DNA of 61,412 bases from an uncultured Bacteroides sp. (GCA_964405895.1 CAYOPQ010000001.1:1-61412), one strand, 5' to 3'. Numbered from the stretch's first letter, positions 8,301 through 18,052 are shown. Translations and numbers: made by a program. The notes: generated from the sequence alone by a model not told the origin.

Positions 8301-9568
8301 TGCCTTCCGGTAATAAAAAAAGAAAGTTTTCAATAAAAAAGCTTATATATAACGATAAATATCTGATAATACTTTCAATCGTTGCCGCGCTCATTATCTG
8401 GATTGCAACATCTATCAGCCTGAGCCCGGAGACAACTAAGACAATTACAGTGCCGATTACGATTGATTTTACGGGTACGGTCGCCGAACAGCTCGGCATA
8501 GAGTATTTTGATTCAACGGATATTACGGTTGATGTCACTGTTTCGTGCAAAAGGTATCTTGCAAAGGATATCAGTTCGGATGATATTTCCGCCTCGCTCA
8601 GGACGGATACGATAACATCAACCGGCTACCAGTCCGTCCAGATACTTGTTTCGTCAGACAGTGATACGGATTTTACAATAGAAAGCTATTATCCCACTTC
8701 CGTAGCGGGGCTTTACGATGTATATCAGGAGCAGAGCTTCCCGATAGAACTCAATTACACAAATACCGATTTTTGCGCGGACGGCTATGTTGTCGGTACT
8801 ACAACCCTGAGCTCCGATGAGATAATTGTGAGCGGTCCCCGCACATATATTTCTCAGATAGACAGGGTGGAGGCTTCCATCACGCTTGAATCCGATCTTT
8901 CGGAATCCCAAACCGTAGATCTTTCTCCCGTTGCGCTGGACGCGGACGGCAATCAGCTTGATTATATAACCTTTGAAAACACAGTCACCGCCAATATCCC
9001 GATTTTATATGTAAGTACGCTCACGCCGCAGGTAGACCTGTTAAACGCGCCTTCAAATGTGGCTTCGATTGCTGAAATCACATATTCGGCAGACAGTGTA
9101 GTGGCGGGCGTGGTAGACAGCAGTACAACCGTGCTTGATATCGGTGATATTGATTTTTGCACCGTGAGCCCGGGGGAAAATGTGTTTGAATTTGATTTGA
9201 CCACCCTGAGCGGCGTTGTTGTGCAGGACGGTACGGAAAGCATTACGGTAACCGTTACCGTTTCGGAGGATTATGAAACTACGGATATAACGGTATCCGC
9301 GTCAGATATCATACTGACCGTTCCGGACGGTTATACGGCGCGGGCAGTCAGCCTGCCGGATTCAACAATCACCATAGTCGGCAGCGCGGACGAGCTGGAA
9401 AACATTACCTCGTCAAATTTAGTTTTGACCTGCGATGTGCGGCAGTCGGACGACTCCGTACAGACAGGAACATATGAATACACGCTTTCTGTATCCTTGG
9501 CGGATACAACTGATTCATGGGTCTACGGAACTTATACCGTAAGGGTCAGGGTCAGCGCGGATGAGTAA
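8300..9568 (+). CDS. cdaR: CdaR / YbbR-like regulator
   Basis: Coupled to cdaA; single N-terminal TM followed by repeated beta-rich YbbR-like domains (IIVSGPRT, ITIVGS). Confidence 0.8.
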   Translation: MPSGNKKRKFSIKKLIYNDKYLIILSIVAALIIWIATSISLSPETTKTITVPITIDFTGTVAEQLGIEYFDSTDITVDVTVSCKRYLAKDISSDDISASLRTDTITSTGYQSVQILVSSDSDTDFTIESYYPTSVAGLYDVYQEQSFPIELNYTNTDFCADGYVVGTTTLSSDEIIVSGPRTYISQIDRVEASITLESDLSESQTVDLSPVALDADGNQLDYITFENTVTANIPILYVSTLTPQVDLLNAPSNVASIAEITYSADSVVAGVVDSSTTVLDIGDIDFCTVSPGENVFEFDLTTLSGVVVQDGTESITVTVTVSEDYETTDITVSASDIILTVPDGYTARAVSLPDSTITIVGSADELENITSSNLVLTCDVRQSDDSVQTGTYEYTLSVSLADTTDSWVYGTYTVRVRVSADE

Positions 9569-9571
9569 AAG

Positions 9572-9613
9572 AAAAAACCTTTTGCGTTTCAGCCGATTCG
9601 CAAAAGGTTTTTT
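9572..9613. terminator. Bidirectional terminator between cdaR and the SEDS gene
   Basis: aaaaaaccttttgcg ... cgcaaaaggtttttt between convergent genes. Confidence 0.85.
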
Positions 9614-10772
9614 AGTTTGCATAAAACAATGTTTTCGTTTGATTTTTACTGTATCTGTAAACAGAAAGCACAACGCCGAGCGCAAGGTATATGCTTAAGC
9701 TTGACGATCCTCCGGAGGAGAACAGCGGCAGTGTGATACCGATACACGGCAAAAGGGAAAGCTCCATTCCGACATTGACGAATGTTTGGGCAAACAGCAT
9801 AATTCCGACGCCCATACACATCAAATAGCCAACATTATCCCTTGCCTTAAGACCTGCCGAAAAGACTCTGAATATAAGCAAGGCAAGAAGCAATATTACC
9901 GCCATAGCGCCTACAAAGCCTAATTCCTCGCCTGCCACCGAAAGCACAAAATCGTTCTGATTTTCGGGCACAAGATGGGATTGCGTCATCGTGCCCTGCA
10001 AAAATCCCTGGCCAAACCAGCCGCCGCTGCCTATGGCTATCTTGGCGTTTGTTTGCTGGTACATAACATCCTCATAGTATTCCGGGTAGAACAGACCCAC
10101 GATTCTCTGCCTTTGTATTCCGGAAATAAGATTCGTGCGCCACGCGACCATAAAGCCTACGATCAAAACACAAAATCCCGCTATGAAATAACCTATGTTT
10201 ATCTTTGCCATAAACAGCATGCCGATGAACATGATAAGGAATATAAGCGCGGAACCCGCGTCGCCCGTGAGCATAACGAGCCCAATGGGAATCAGCCCGT
10301 GAATCACTAAAGGCACAATAGTTTTAATTTTATTGATGTGCTCCTTCACCATATCCAGATGATAAGAAAAGGAGATTATAAAACCGACCTTCATGATTTC
10401 CGAGGATTGCAGGGTAAAAGACCCAATCTGAAGCCAGCTCCTTGCGGAGGTTCGGCTGGACGGCGCAACACCGAAGAAATAGGTTACGACCATCAGAATG
10501 ATACATCCCACGGCTATAAACGGCCACATCTTGCTTATGAACTCATAATTGATTACGGAAAGTATAAGCGCTATAACAACACCGCCCGCTACGGTAATCA
10601 GCATCGCGAGCATCTGCCTGGATATGGTTTCGCCCTCGCCGAGCGAATAATAAGTTGCGCTGTATACGAGAGACAGACCGTAAGCGGAAGCCGTAAGCGC
10701 CGTAATAACCGTAAATATGTCAAGACCTGAGAAAAAATCAAACGCGTTTGTTTTTTTCTGCAGAGGGCTCAA
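9612..10772 (-). CDS. SEDS family peptidoglycan glycosyltransferase (RodA/FtsW/SpoVE)
   Basis: ARSWLQIGSFTLQSSEIMK, AIGSGGWFGQG, PENQNDF, GEELGF, GITLPLFSSGGSS; TTG start with GGAGG RBS. Confidence 0.92.
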   Translation of the reverse strand: MSPLQKKTNAFDFFSGLDIFTVITALTASAYGLSLVYSATYYSLGEGETISRQMLAMLITVAGGVVIALILSVINYEFISKMWPFIAVGCIILMVVTYFFGVAPSSRTSARSWLQIGSFTLQSSEIMKVGFIISFSYHLDMVKEHINKIKTIVPLVIHGLIPIGLVMLTGDAGSALIFLIMFIGMLFMAKINIGYFIAGFCVLIVGFMVAWRTNLISGIQRQRIVGLFYPEYYEDVMYQQTNAKIAIGSGGWFGQGFLQGTMTQSHLVPENQNDFVLSVAGEELGFVGAMAVILLLALLIFRVFSAGLKARDNVGYLMCMGVGIMLFAQTFVNVGMELSLLPCIGITLPLFSSGGSSSLSIYLALGVVLSVYRYSKNQTKTLFYAN

Positions 10773-10923
10773 TGCATCACCTCCGTCTTTGTAACTGTAG
10801 TAATATAACTATTATATTATTATTGAATATTAAATGCAAGCGAATTTAATGTAGTTGAAATAATTTATTTTTATGATATAATAGATTAACAATCAATCTT
10901 AATACTGTTTCGGGAGATTTTTT

Positions 10924-12591
10924 ATGTTATCAGATATCGAAATCGCGCGCGGCGCTTCCATGCAGAAAATATCGGCTGTTGCCTCAAAAATAGGCGTTGA
11001 TGCGGACGAACTGGAGCTTTACGGCAGCTATAAGGCAAAGCTTTCGGAAAGTCTTTTAAAACGCCTGGAAAGCAGGCAAAACGGCAAGCTTGTTTTGGTT
11101 ACTGCGGTCAATCCCACGCCGGCGGGGGAAGGGAAAACCACCGTTACAATAGGTCTTGGGGACGGTATGCGCAGGCTCGGCAAAAACGCAGTAATTGCGC
11201 TCAGGGAGCCTTCGCTCGGCCCCGTATTCGGCATCAAAGGCGGCGCCGCCGGCGGCGGGTACAGCCAGGTTGTTCCCATGGAGGATATCAATCTTCACTT
11301 TACAGGCGATATGCACGCCATAACAAGCGCCAACAACCTTATGTGCGCTGTTTTGGATAACCATATCCAGCAGGGTAACGCGCTTGGGATCGACCCCAGA
11401 AAAATCCTTGTAAAGCGCTGTCTTGATATGAATGACCGCGCTTTAAGAAATATCGTCTGCGGTCTCGGCGGTGCGGTAAACGGCGTCCCGCGCGAGGATC
11501 ATTTCATTATTACCGTTGCGTCTGAGGTCATGGCGATTCTTTGCCTTGCTTCGGATCTGTTTGATTTAAAAAATCGGCTCGGCAATATTCTTGTGGCTTA
11601 TACTTATGACGGAAATCCGGTGTTTTGCCGCGATATAAAGGCGAACGGCGCCATGACGGTTTTGCTCAAGGATGCCTTAAAGCCGAATCTTGTTCAAACT
11701 CTTGAAAACAATCCCGCTGTTATGCATGGCGGCCCGTTTGCCAATATAGCGCATGGCTGCAACAGTGTCCGCGCTACAAAAGCGGCGTTAAAGCTCGGCG
11801 ATTATTGTATTACCGAAGCCGGCTTCGGCTCCGATCTCGGCGCGGAGAAATTTCTTGATATTAAATGCCGCCTTGCCGGCTTGAAGCCGAATTGTATTGT
11901 TCTTGTTTCAACCGTCCGCTCTATGAAATATAACGGCGGCGTGGATAAGGCGGATTTAACAAAGGAAAATCTTGACGCGCTTAAAAAAGGCTCCGTCAAT
12001 CTCGGCGCGCATATTGATAACCTAAAAAAATTCGGTGTAAATGTTGTTGTTGCAATCAATCATTTTTATGCGGATACCGATGCGGAAATCCAGTTCGTTT
12101 TGGATTACTGCAAAGAGCACGGCGCCCAAGCCGCCGTTACCAAATGCTTTGCGGACGGCTCAAGCGGCTCTGTTGAGCTTGCAGAAAAGGTTGTTGCAGC
12201 CTGCGAGGGCGAAAGCGGTTATCAGCCGCTGTACAGCCTTGATTTAACCATAAAAGAAAAAATAGAAACCATTGCGCGTGAAATTTACGGAGCGGACGGC
12301 GTTGAATATACGCCTGCTGCGGAAAAGAGCATTGCCCAGTTTGAGCAATTAGGCGCGGATAAAATGCCGGTTTGCATTGCGAAAACGCAGTACAGTCTTT
12401 CGGATAACGCCAAGCTGCTGGGCAGGCCCAAGGGCTTTAAGCTGCATATTGATACGGTAGAGCTTTCAAACGGCGCGGGGTTTGTTGTATGCAGAACGGG
12501 TTCCGTAATGACCATGCCGGGGCTTTCAAAAGCGCCCGCCGCTTATAATATAGATATTGATGAAAACGGAAATACCGTGGGGCTGTTCTGA
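10924..12591 (+). CDS. fhs: Formate--tetrahydrofolate ligase
   Basis: [50 protein letters not shown]. Confidence 0.98.
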   Translation: MLSDIEIARGASMQKISAVASKIGVDADELELYGSYKAKLSESLLKRLESRQNGKLVLVTAVNPTPAGEGKTTVTIGLGDGMRRLGKNAVIALREPSLGPVFGIKGGAAGGGYSQVVPMEDINLHFTGDMHAITSANNLMCAVLDNHIQQGNALGIDPRKILVKRCLDMNDRALRNIVCGLGGAVNGVPREDHFIITVASEVMAILCLASDLFDLKNRLGNILVAYTYDGNPVFCRDIKANGAMTVLLKDALKPNLVQTLENNPAVMHGGPFANIAHGCNSVRATKAALKLGDYCITEAGFGSDLGAEKFLDIKCRLAGLKPNCIVLVSTVRSMKYNGGVDKADLTKENLDALKKGSVNLGAHIDNLKKFGVNVVVAINHFYADTDAEIQFVLDYCKEHGAQAAVTKCFADGSSGSVELAEKVVAACEGESGYQPLYSLDLTIKEKIETIAREIYGADGVEYTPAAEKSIAQFEQLGADKMPVCIAKTQYSLSDNAKLLGRPKGFKLHIDTVELSNGAGFVVCRTGSVMTMPGLSKAPAAYNIDIDENGNTVGLF

Positions 12592-12594
12592 TTT

Positions 12595-13038
12595 ATGTTT
12601 ACCTATGTATCTGAAAGCAGGGCGGATACCGTGCGGTTTGCGGAGAAATTTGCCAAAGAGCTTTCCAAAACCCGCGTTATCGCGTTTTTGGGCGATATGG
12701 GCGCGGGTAAAACCGCCTTTGTCAGCGGCTTTGTAAAAGGGCTCGGCATAGACTGCGATGTATCTTCCCCGACCTTTGCGATCTGCAATCACTATGAAGG
12801 CTCGGAAAATTCGCTTTATCACTTTGATATGTACCGTATTGACGGCTGGGACGATTTGTATTCAACCGGCTTTTTCGACTGCCTTGATTCCGGCGCTTAT
12901 GTAGCCGTTGAATGGGCGGAAAATATTTTTGCCGCCCTGCCGGAGGACTGCGTTATTGTTGATATTGCAAAAATTTCGGAAAATGAAAGAGAAATCAAAA
13001 TCTGCGGAAAAGGTGAGGTTGAAGAATGCTGCTCTTGA
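12595..13038 (+). CDS. tsaE: tRNA t6A biosynthesis ATPase TsaE
   Basis: GDMGAGKT, SSPTF, HFDMYR, VEWAE. Confidence 0.95.
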   Translation: MFTYVSESRADTVRFAEKFAKELSKTRVIAFLGDMGAGKTAFVSGFVKGLGIDCDVSSPTFAICNHYEGSENSLYHFDMYRIDGWDDLYSTGFFDCLDSGAYVAVEWAENIFAALPEDCVIVDIAKISENEREIKICGKGEVEECCS

Positions 13039-13706
13039 GTGTGGAATCCTCCGCCGTAACAGCCTCCGCGGCGCTTACAGACGGCGGCAGGGTCATAAAA
13101 AGCGAATTTATCAACAACGGCTTAACGCACAGCGAAACGCTTTTGCCGCTTATAGAAAGCGTGATGCGCGGCTGTGATTATTCGGCGCTTGACGCTGTTG
13201 CGGTGACTGCCGGTCCCGGTTCGTTTACCGGCGTGCGCATAGGCGTGGCAACCGTCAAGGGCATTGCATTCTCTTATACGCTTCCCTGTATCGGCGTTTC
13301 CACACTTGAGGCGATCGCGTATAATTTTGTTGATGAAAATGCGGTTGTATGCGCCGTTATGGACGCGCGGCGGATGCAGTTTTATAACGCGCTTTTCAAA
13401 TGCGAAAACGGCTGTATTACCCGCCTTTGCGCGGACAGGGCTGTTTCCGCGGCAGAGCTTCAAAAAGAGCTTTTGCCCTTTGAAAGGGTTATCATAGCCG
13501 GAGACGGGGCAAAGCTTTTTTACTCGTCCTTATCCTCGGATAATTGTGCGCTTGCCGCCGAAAACAGAATTTATCAAAATGCCGTGGGCGTTTCAGCCGC
13601 GGCGCAGAATAAGAAAATGCTTCCCGCCGCCGAGCTTGCTCCCGTATATTTAAGGCCAAGCCAGGCGGAGAGGGAACTTAAATTGAAAAGGAAACAGAAA
13701 GGATAG
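13026..13706 (+). CDS. tsaB: tRNA t6A biosynthesis protein TsaB
   Basis: HSETLLP, GPGSFTGVRIG, DARR, PVYLRPSQAE. Confidence 0.95.
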   Translation: MLLLSVESSAVTASAALTDGGRVIKSEFINNGLTHSETLLPLIESVMRGCDYSALDAVAVTAGPGSFTGVRIGVATVKGIAFSYTLPCIGVSTLEAIAYNFVDENAVVCAVMDARRMQFYNALFKCENGCITRLCADRAVSAAELQKELLPFERVIIAGDGAKLFYSSLSSDNCALAAENRIYQNAVGVSAAAQNKKMLPAAELAPVYLRPSQAERELKLKRKQKG

Positions 13707-13710
13707 GCTT

Positions 13711-14160
13711 ATGCTTGCTTTAGGTTCGGATCATGCGGGGTACCCGCTCAAAGAGGAAATAAAAAAATATCTTGATAAAAAAGGCGTTGCATATAAGGAT
13801 TTCGGCTGCTGCGCGCCGGAAAGGTGCGATTATGCCGTGTTCGCGCAAAAGGCGTGTGATTCCGTTGTGCGCGGTGAAAGCGAAAAGGCGCTTTTGTTCT
13901 GCGGCACGGGTATCGGCATTTCCATGGCGGCAAACAAGGTCAAGGGTATCCGCGCCGCCGCGTGCTCCGATTATTTCAGCGCGCTGTATACACGCGCGCA
14001 TAATGACGCGAATTGCCTCTGCCTCGGCGCAAGGGTAATAGGTCCGGGGCTTGCGGAGATACTTGTGGATGTATTTCTGAATACGGAATTTGAAGGCGGA
14101 AGGCATCAGGACAGAATTGACCAGATTGCGGCTATAGAAAACGGTGAAAAATTATACTGA
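13711..14160 (+). CDS. rpiB: Ribose-5-phosphate isomerase B
   Basis: GSDHAG, CGTGIGISMAANKVKGIRA, HNDAN, FEGGRH. Confidence 0.96.
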   Translation: MLALGSDHAGYPLKEEIKKYLDKKGVAYKDFGCCAPERCDYAVFAQKACDSVVRGESEKALLFCGTGIGISMAANKVKGIRAAACSDYFSALYTRAHNDANCLCLGARVIGPGLAEILVDVFLNTEFEGGRHQDRIDQIAAIENGEKLY

Positions 14161-14209
14161 ACCCGTTGTGGAATCTGAATGGTTATAGCGCTTTTTAATA
14201 TTTCCAAAA

Positions 14210-14252
14210 TAAAACGCCGCCCGAGCCAAACGCCCGGGCGGCATAAATTTTT
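14210..14252. terminator. Terminator between rpiB and the convergent lipoprotein gene
   Basis: gccgcccg ... cgggcggc stem flanked by A- and T-rich runs. Confidence 0.6.
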
Positions 14253-14259
14253 TATTGAA

Positions 14260-15216
14260 TTAACTCCACTTTAACGCCTTTACGGAAAATCCGAGCGATG
14301 TGTCAAGCTTGTTCTTCTGGATAACAGCCACAACCTTTGTTTTGGTGCAGCCGGAATCGTTGATTTCCTCAACCTCGCCGATAACCTTATAGTAGTTATT
14401 GCTGCCGAGATCCTGGATTTCGGTTATGGTAACCGTGTGCGTTCTTGTTTCATATGAGCTGCTTGTAATGGTAAATGTATCGGAAGAGCTGTTATATTGA
14501 ATCGGTGCGGCGTATTCAATGCCGTCAGCCGTGTATTGATTGCATTTTGATTTGAAGCCTACAACGGTTCTTGCAAAATAATTGAACAAATCTATAACAA
14601 CCGTGCCGCTTGCAAAGCTGTATGTATCCGTATTTTCTCTTTGCATCATCCAGCACGCGACATGGGTGGCGATTTCAATCGGAACACTGTCTGTATTTTC
14701 ATAGCTTGCCAAATATAAATACGGAACCTCAAGCATATTCGTAATGGTTGTAACATCAGCGTCGCTGAATGAAACGCTGGTTCCGGATTCGGAGGTGGAG
14801 GGAACCGAATCGTCGTCGGCAGGCAGCGTGGTAAGCTCCGATTCCGTTGTTTCGTCCGCGTCATCCGTATTGTTGGCTATATTCGTGCGGTCCGGCACTC
14901 TGGAGGGGGCGTCCCCTGAGCTGCTGCTACTGCTTGTGGTTTCGGAGTCCGTGCTTGATGTATCAGTCGGCATATTCTGCGGGTTTTCTATGATTTCGCC
15001 CGTTTTGTTGCCCTCGGAATCAAGCACATACGCTACGCCGTCCTCATAAACTACGGCAACGGTATTGCCGTCTTCATCAACCTCAAAGCCGTATTCCACA
15101 ACGCTGTCCTCAAGGCTTCCGGCTGTATCGGCAGTTTCGGAATCGGTGCTGCAAGCCGCGAAAACGCTTGCAATAAGGCAAATACATAAAAGTATGGCGC
15201 TTAACTTTTTAACCAT
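14260..15216 (-). CDS. Uncharacterised acidic lipoprotein
   Basis: Signal peptide with lipobox FAAC; D/E/S/T-rich linker then a globular domain; GAGGTG RBS. Confidence 0.8.
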   Translation of the reverse strand: MVKKLSAILLCICLIASVFAACSTDSETADTAGSLEDSVVEYGFEVDEDGNTVAVVYEDGVAYVLDSEGNKTGEIIENPQNMPTDTSSTDSETTSSSSSSGDAPSRVPDRTNIANNTDDADETTESELTTLPADDDSVPSTSESGTSVSFSDADVTTITNMLEVPYLYLASYENTDSVPIEIATHVACWMMQRENTDTYSFASGTVVIDLFNYFARTVVGFKSKCNQYTADGIEYAAPIQYNSSSDTFTITSSSYETRTHTVTITEIQDLGSNNYYKVIGEVEEINDSGCTKTKVVAVIQKNKLDTSLGFSVKALKWS

Positions 15217-15373
15217 TCAAAGACACCTCTGATGTTGGAATTTGTTAATATATTTTTAATTATATACCTTTTTTGAAAAATGTAAATATATTTTTTACGG
15301 CGGTTCTAACTTTTTACGAATATTTTACAATAAATACATATTTTATTGTATAATAAAGAAGAAAGCAGGTGGT

Positions 15374-15916
15374 GTGTCCATGAAAAATTCGGAAAAAGCG
15401 GCGGTCGGCGGCTTGTGTACGGCTTTATCCGTGGTTTTATTGTTTTTTACAAGCGTGCTGTATATTTTTACCTATGTAGTCCCCATGGTGCTCGGCGTTC
15501 TCATGAGCACTGTTAAAAAAACCTTTTCCTCAGCCTGCGCATGGAGCGTTTATATTGCCGTCAGCGTGCTTTCGCTGTTTTTGGTGCCTGAAAAAGAATC
15601 CGTGCTTATGTATGTGCTGTTTTTCGGCTATTATCCTATTATAAAAAGCGGTATAGAAAAAATAAGACCCGCCGCCTTTGCGTTTATCGTTAAGCTTATT
15701 TTATTCAATATAACCGTAGCCGCTGCAGAGCTCGCGGCGTATTTCATTTTCGGAATACCGTTTTTTGAGGACGGCTCTTTTTCCTATGTAATGCTCGTAT
15801 TGTTTGCGGTTTTAATGAATGTTGTTTTTGTTATGTATGAATTTCTATTAAGGAATTTTATGGTGCTTTACGAAAAAAAGCTTGAAAAGCGTATCAAAAA
15901 GATTTTCAGATTTTAA
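15374..15916 (+). CDS. Uncharacterised membrane protein
   Basis: About five hydrophobic helices; YVLFFGYYPIIK motif; start GTG 15374 or ATG 15380. Confidence 0.8.
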   Translation: MSMKNSEKAAVGGLCTALSVVLLFFTSVLYIFTYVVPMVLGVLMSTVKKTFSSACAWSVYIAVSVLSLFLVPEKESVLMYVLFFGYYPIIKSGIEKIRPAAFAFIVKLILFNITVAAAELAAYFIFGIPFFEDGSFSYVMLVLFAVLMNVVFVMYEFLLRNFMVLYEKKLEKRIKKIFRF

Positions 15917-16105
15917 CCCCTGCGTATTTTTGCCGAAAATATTTAAAAAAAGTCATATAATATTATATTACAAGGGAACATACAATTATATTTCATTGCA
16001 AAAAGCGGAAATAAGGTTTATAATATATACAACCGGCAGGTAGAAAGACATTAAAAACGGCTTTTCTGTGAAAAAGCCTTTTGTTATATTAAAGGGGGCA
16101 ATGAA

Positions 16106-17605
16106 ATGTCTGAAAAAGATTTATTGAATGAGAAAACAAACGCCGAAAACGGTCAAACCGAGGGTCTTAACGAGCAGGATATGCAGGAGGCTTACGATTA
16201 CTCTGTAAACCCCGCTTCCGACGAGTACGAGGACATCGAACCGTCCGTTGAAAGCACAGACGAAAACTTTTTCAAGAAACATAAATTGCTCTGCGCTGTT
16301 ATAGCTGTTGTGCTTGTTATCGCCCTTATAACAGGCGGCTGGCTTATCTTCGGAAATTCAAAAACAATCAGCCTGATTACCGACACATTAAATGTAGAAT
16401 ACGGTGAAAGCTATACGCCTGCTGTTACTGATTTCGTTGAGGAAAGTAAAATCGACGATAGTTATACAATTACAGGTGAAATTCCCAACGAGGACGAAAA
16501 AGAATATCCTGCAATCGGTGAATATTCTCTTATAATCTCCGCTGACGGTAAAGATGACGCGGAAGTAACTGTTATTGTAGCAGATACCACGGCACCTGAG
16601 TTTGCGGAAGATTCGCTCACAGAAATTACCGTCTACCTTGACACTGAGCTTACAGAAGAAACGCTGGGCAGTCTGTTCACGGTAACGGACCTTGAAGATG
16701 TAACGCTCTCTGTAGACGACAGTGAAGTAGATTACACAACCGCAGGCACATACACTGCAACGGTTTACGCTGTTGACGCGGCCGGTAACACAAGCGAGCT
16801 GGAAATCACGCTTGTTGTAACGGAAGACGAAGAGGAAGTGACAGACACAGAAGAAAGCACAGATGACAGTTCAACCGAGGACAACTCAAGTTCTTCAGGC
16901 AGTTCTTCAAGTTCCTCAAGCTCATCGAGCGGCTCAAGCAGTTCAAGTAAATCCGGCTCATCGAGTAGTTCAAGTAAGTCCGGCAGCTCGAGCAGCAGCT
17001 CCAACAAATCGAGCAGTTCGAGCAGTTCAAACAAATCAAGTTCGTCAAGCAGCTCAAGTTCTTCAAGTTCATCGAGCTCTTCGAGTAGTAGTTCGAGTTC
17101 TTCGACTGTAAGCGCTTCAGAGGTTGCTGAAAGAATTGTTTATTACATAAATCAATATAGAAAAAAAGACGGTACGTCGTCGTGTACGATGTTGTCAGGT
17201 CTCTCCGAATATTCACAATATAGGGCAAAGCAGCTTATTACAAACTTTGCGCATGATGAAGATGATATGACAGCAGCTGCAAATGCGCTCAAGTATGGGT
17301 ATTATATGGATCCTGATGTTTATGGGTTCGACGGCGAAGGATACTACAATGTAAATGCAAGGGAAGCGATTACCAAATTCGCTCCATCTGGAATTATCGG
17401 AATTTCAAATTTTACCACATCAAATATTGACACAATTGCAGAACAAGCTGCAAAAAATTTTTATAACAGTTCCGATCACTGGGCATATGTGGGCTCAAGC
17501 ACATATTCCTATATAGGCGTTGGGGTGACATATTCTGGTGCTTATGTTTATGTTTGTGTCAATATGGCACGAATCAATATTGACGAAAACCCGTTAGGGT
17601 ACTAA
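16106..17605 (+). CDS. Membrane-anchored protein: Ig-like domains, poly-Ser linker and C-terminal CAP (SCP) domain
   Basis: TM near aa 61-82; DTTAPEF and VDAAGNTS Ig-like signatures; INQYRK...NFAH...SSDHWAY...IGVGV CAP motifs. Confidence 0.85.
   Translation: MSEKDLLNEKTNAENGQTEGLNEQDMQEAYDYSVNPASDEYEDIEPSVESTDENFFKKHKLLCAVIAVVLVIALITGGWLIFGNSKTISLITDTLNVEYGESYTPAVTDFVEESKIDDSYTITGEIPNEDEKEYPAIGEYSLIISADGKDDAEVTVIVADTTAPEFAEDSLTEITVYLDTELTEETLGSLFTVTDLEDVTLSVDDSEVDYTTAGTYTATVYAVDAAGNTSELEITLVVTEDEEEVTDTEESTDDSSTEDNSSSSGSSSSSSSSSSGSSSSSKSGSSSSSSKSGSSSSSSNKSSSSSSSNKSSSSSSSSSSSSSSSSSSSSSSSTVSASEVAERIVYYINQYRKKDGTSSCTMLSGLSEYSQYRAKQLITNFAHDEDDMTAAANALKYGYYMDPDVYGFDGEGYYNVNAREAITKFAPSGIIGISNFTTSNIDTIAEQAAKNFYNSSDHWAYVGSSTYSYIGVGVTYSGAYVYVCVNMARINIDENPLGY
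16886..17104 (+). repeat. Serine-rich low-complexity linker with ~27-bp quasi-tandem units
   Basis: Encodes repeated KSGSSSSSS / NKSSSSSSS units using mixed AGY and TCN codons. Confidence 0.85.
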
Positions 17606-17651
17606 TTTTATCATAAAAATGAAAAATTATATACATTTGTAAAAAAAACAC

Positions 17652-17680
17652 TTGACAAATGCTTTTTTTACCATTATAAT
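17652..17680 (+). promoter_or_regulatory. Perfect consensus sigma70 promoter
   Basis: TTGACA (17652-17657), 17 bp, TATAAT (17675-17680), with an upstream A-tract. Confidence 0.85.
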
Positions 17681-17686
17681 AATAAT

Positions 17687-17755
17687 CAATGATCGTGTTG
17701 CAGATACTCGCGAGGACTGCGACCGGGGAGGGTTCTGCGGAACCCTCTTTTTTTT
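17687..17755 (+). ncRNA. Putative ~70-nt structured small RNA
   Basis: Lies between the consensus promoter and a terminator; stem GTTGCAG/CTGCGAC enclosing ctcgcgag; GC-rich in an AT-rich context; no ORF. Confidence 0.55.
17728..17755 (+). terminator. Rho-independent terminator
   Basis: gagggttc-tgcg-gaaccctc followed by T8. Confidence 0.85.
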
Positions 17756-17893
17756 GAACTGAGGAGAATATTATGATGTGAAAATGTTTGTGCTTACAAT
17801 TGTATATTGAAAAAAACGATATAGAGTATCAAGTAAACTTCCGACATTGCGATTTTACAGTTTCGGATTAAGAAAAGAGGGATAAGTCAGAAC

Positions 17894-18052
17894 ATGAAAA
17901 ACTTGAAAATAGATGCTAATGGAACAGAGATAAGAGTGATAGGCGATGTTGCAAATGAAAAAGCCTACATATCATTAACAGATATTGCCAAATATAAAAA
18001 TCCAGATAATGCTTTTTAACCTATCGAATTCGATAGGTTTAAAGCGGAGTCG
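17894..18052 (+). pseudogene. KilA-N domain protein remnant (internal deletion and in-frame stop)
   Basis: MKNLKIDANGTEIRVIGDVANEKAYISLTDIAKYKNPDNAF* then in-frame PIEFDRFKAES; YISLTDIA and FxPIEFD are motifs of KilA-N proteins that normally lie further apart. Confidence 0.7.

Noticed and set aside
10773-10923. THF or ZTP riboswitch upstream of fhs
   Set aside because: Short AT-rich divergent promoter region with no structured GC-rich element.
16886-17104. Possible CRISPR-like array
   Set aside because: No unique spacers; it is an in-frame low-complexity coding repeat, and no cas genes are present.
16765-17228. Leu/Glu-rich antisense and alternative-frame ORFs
   Set aside because: Shadows of the poly-Ser linker codons.
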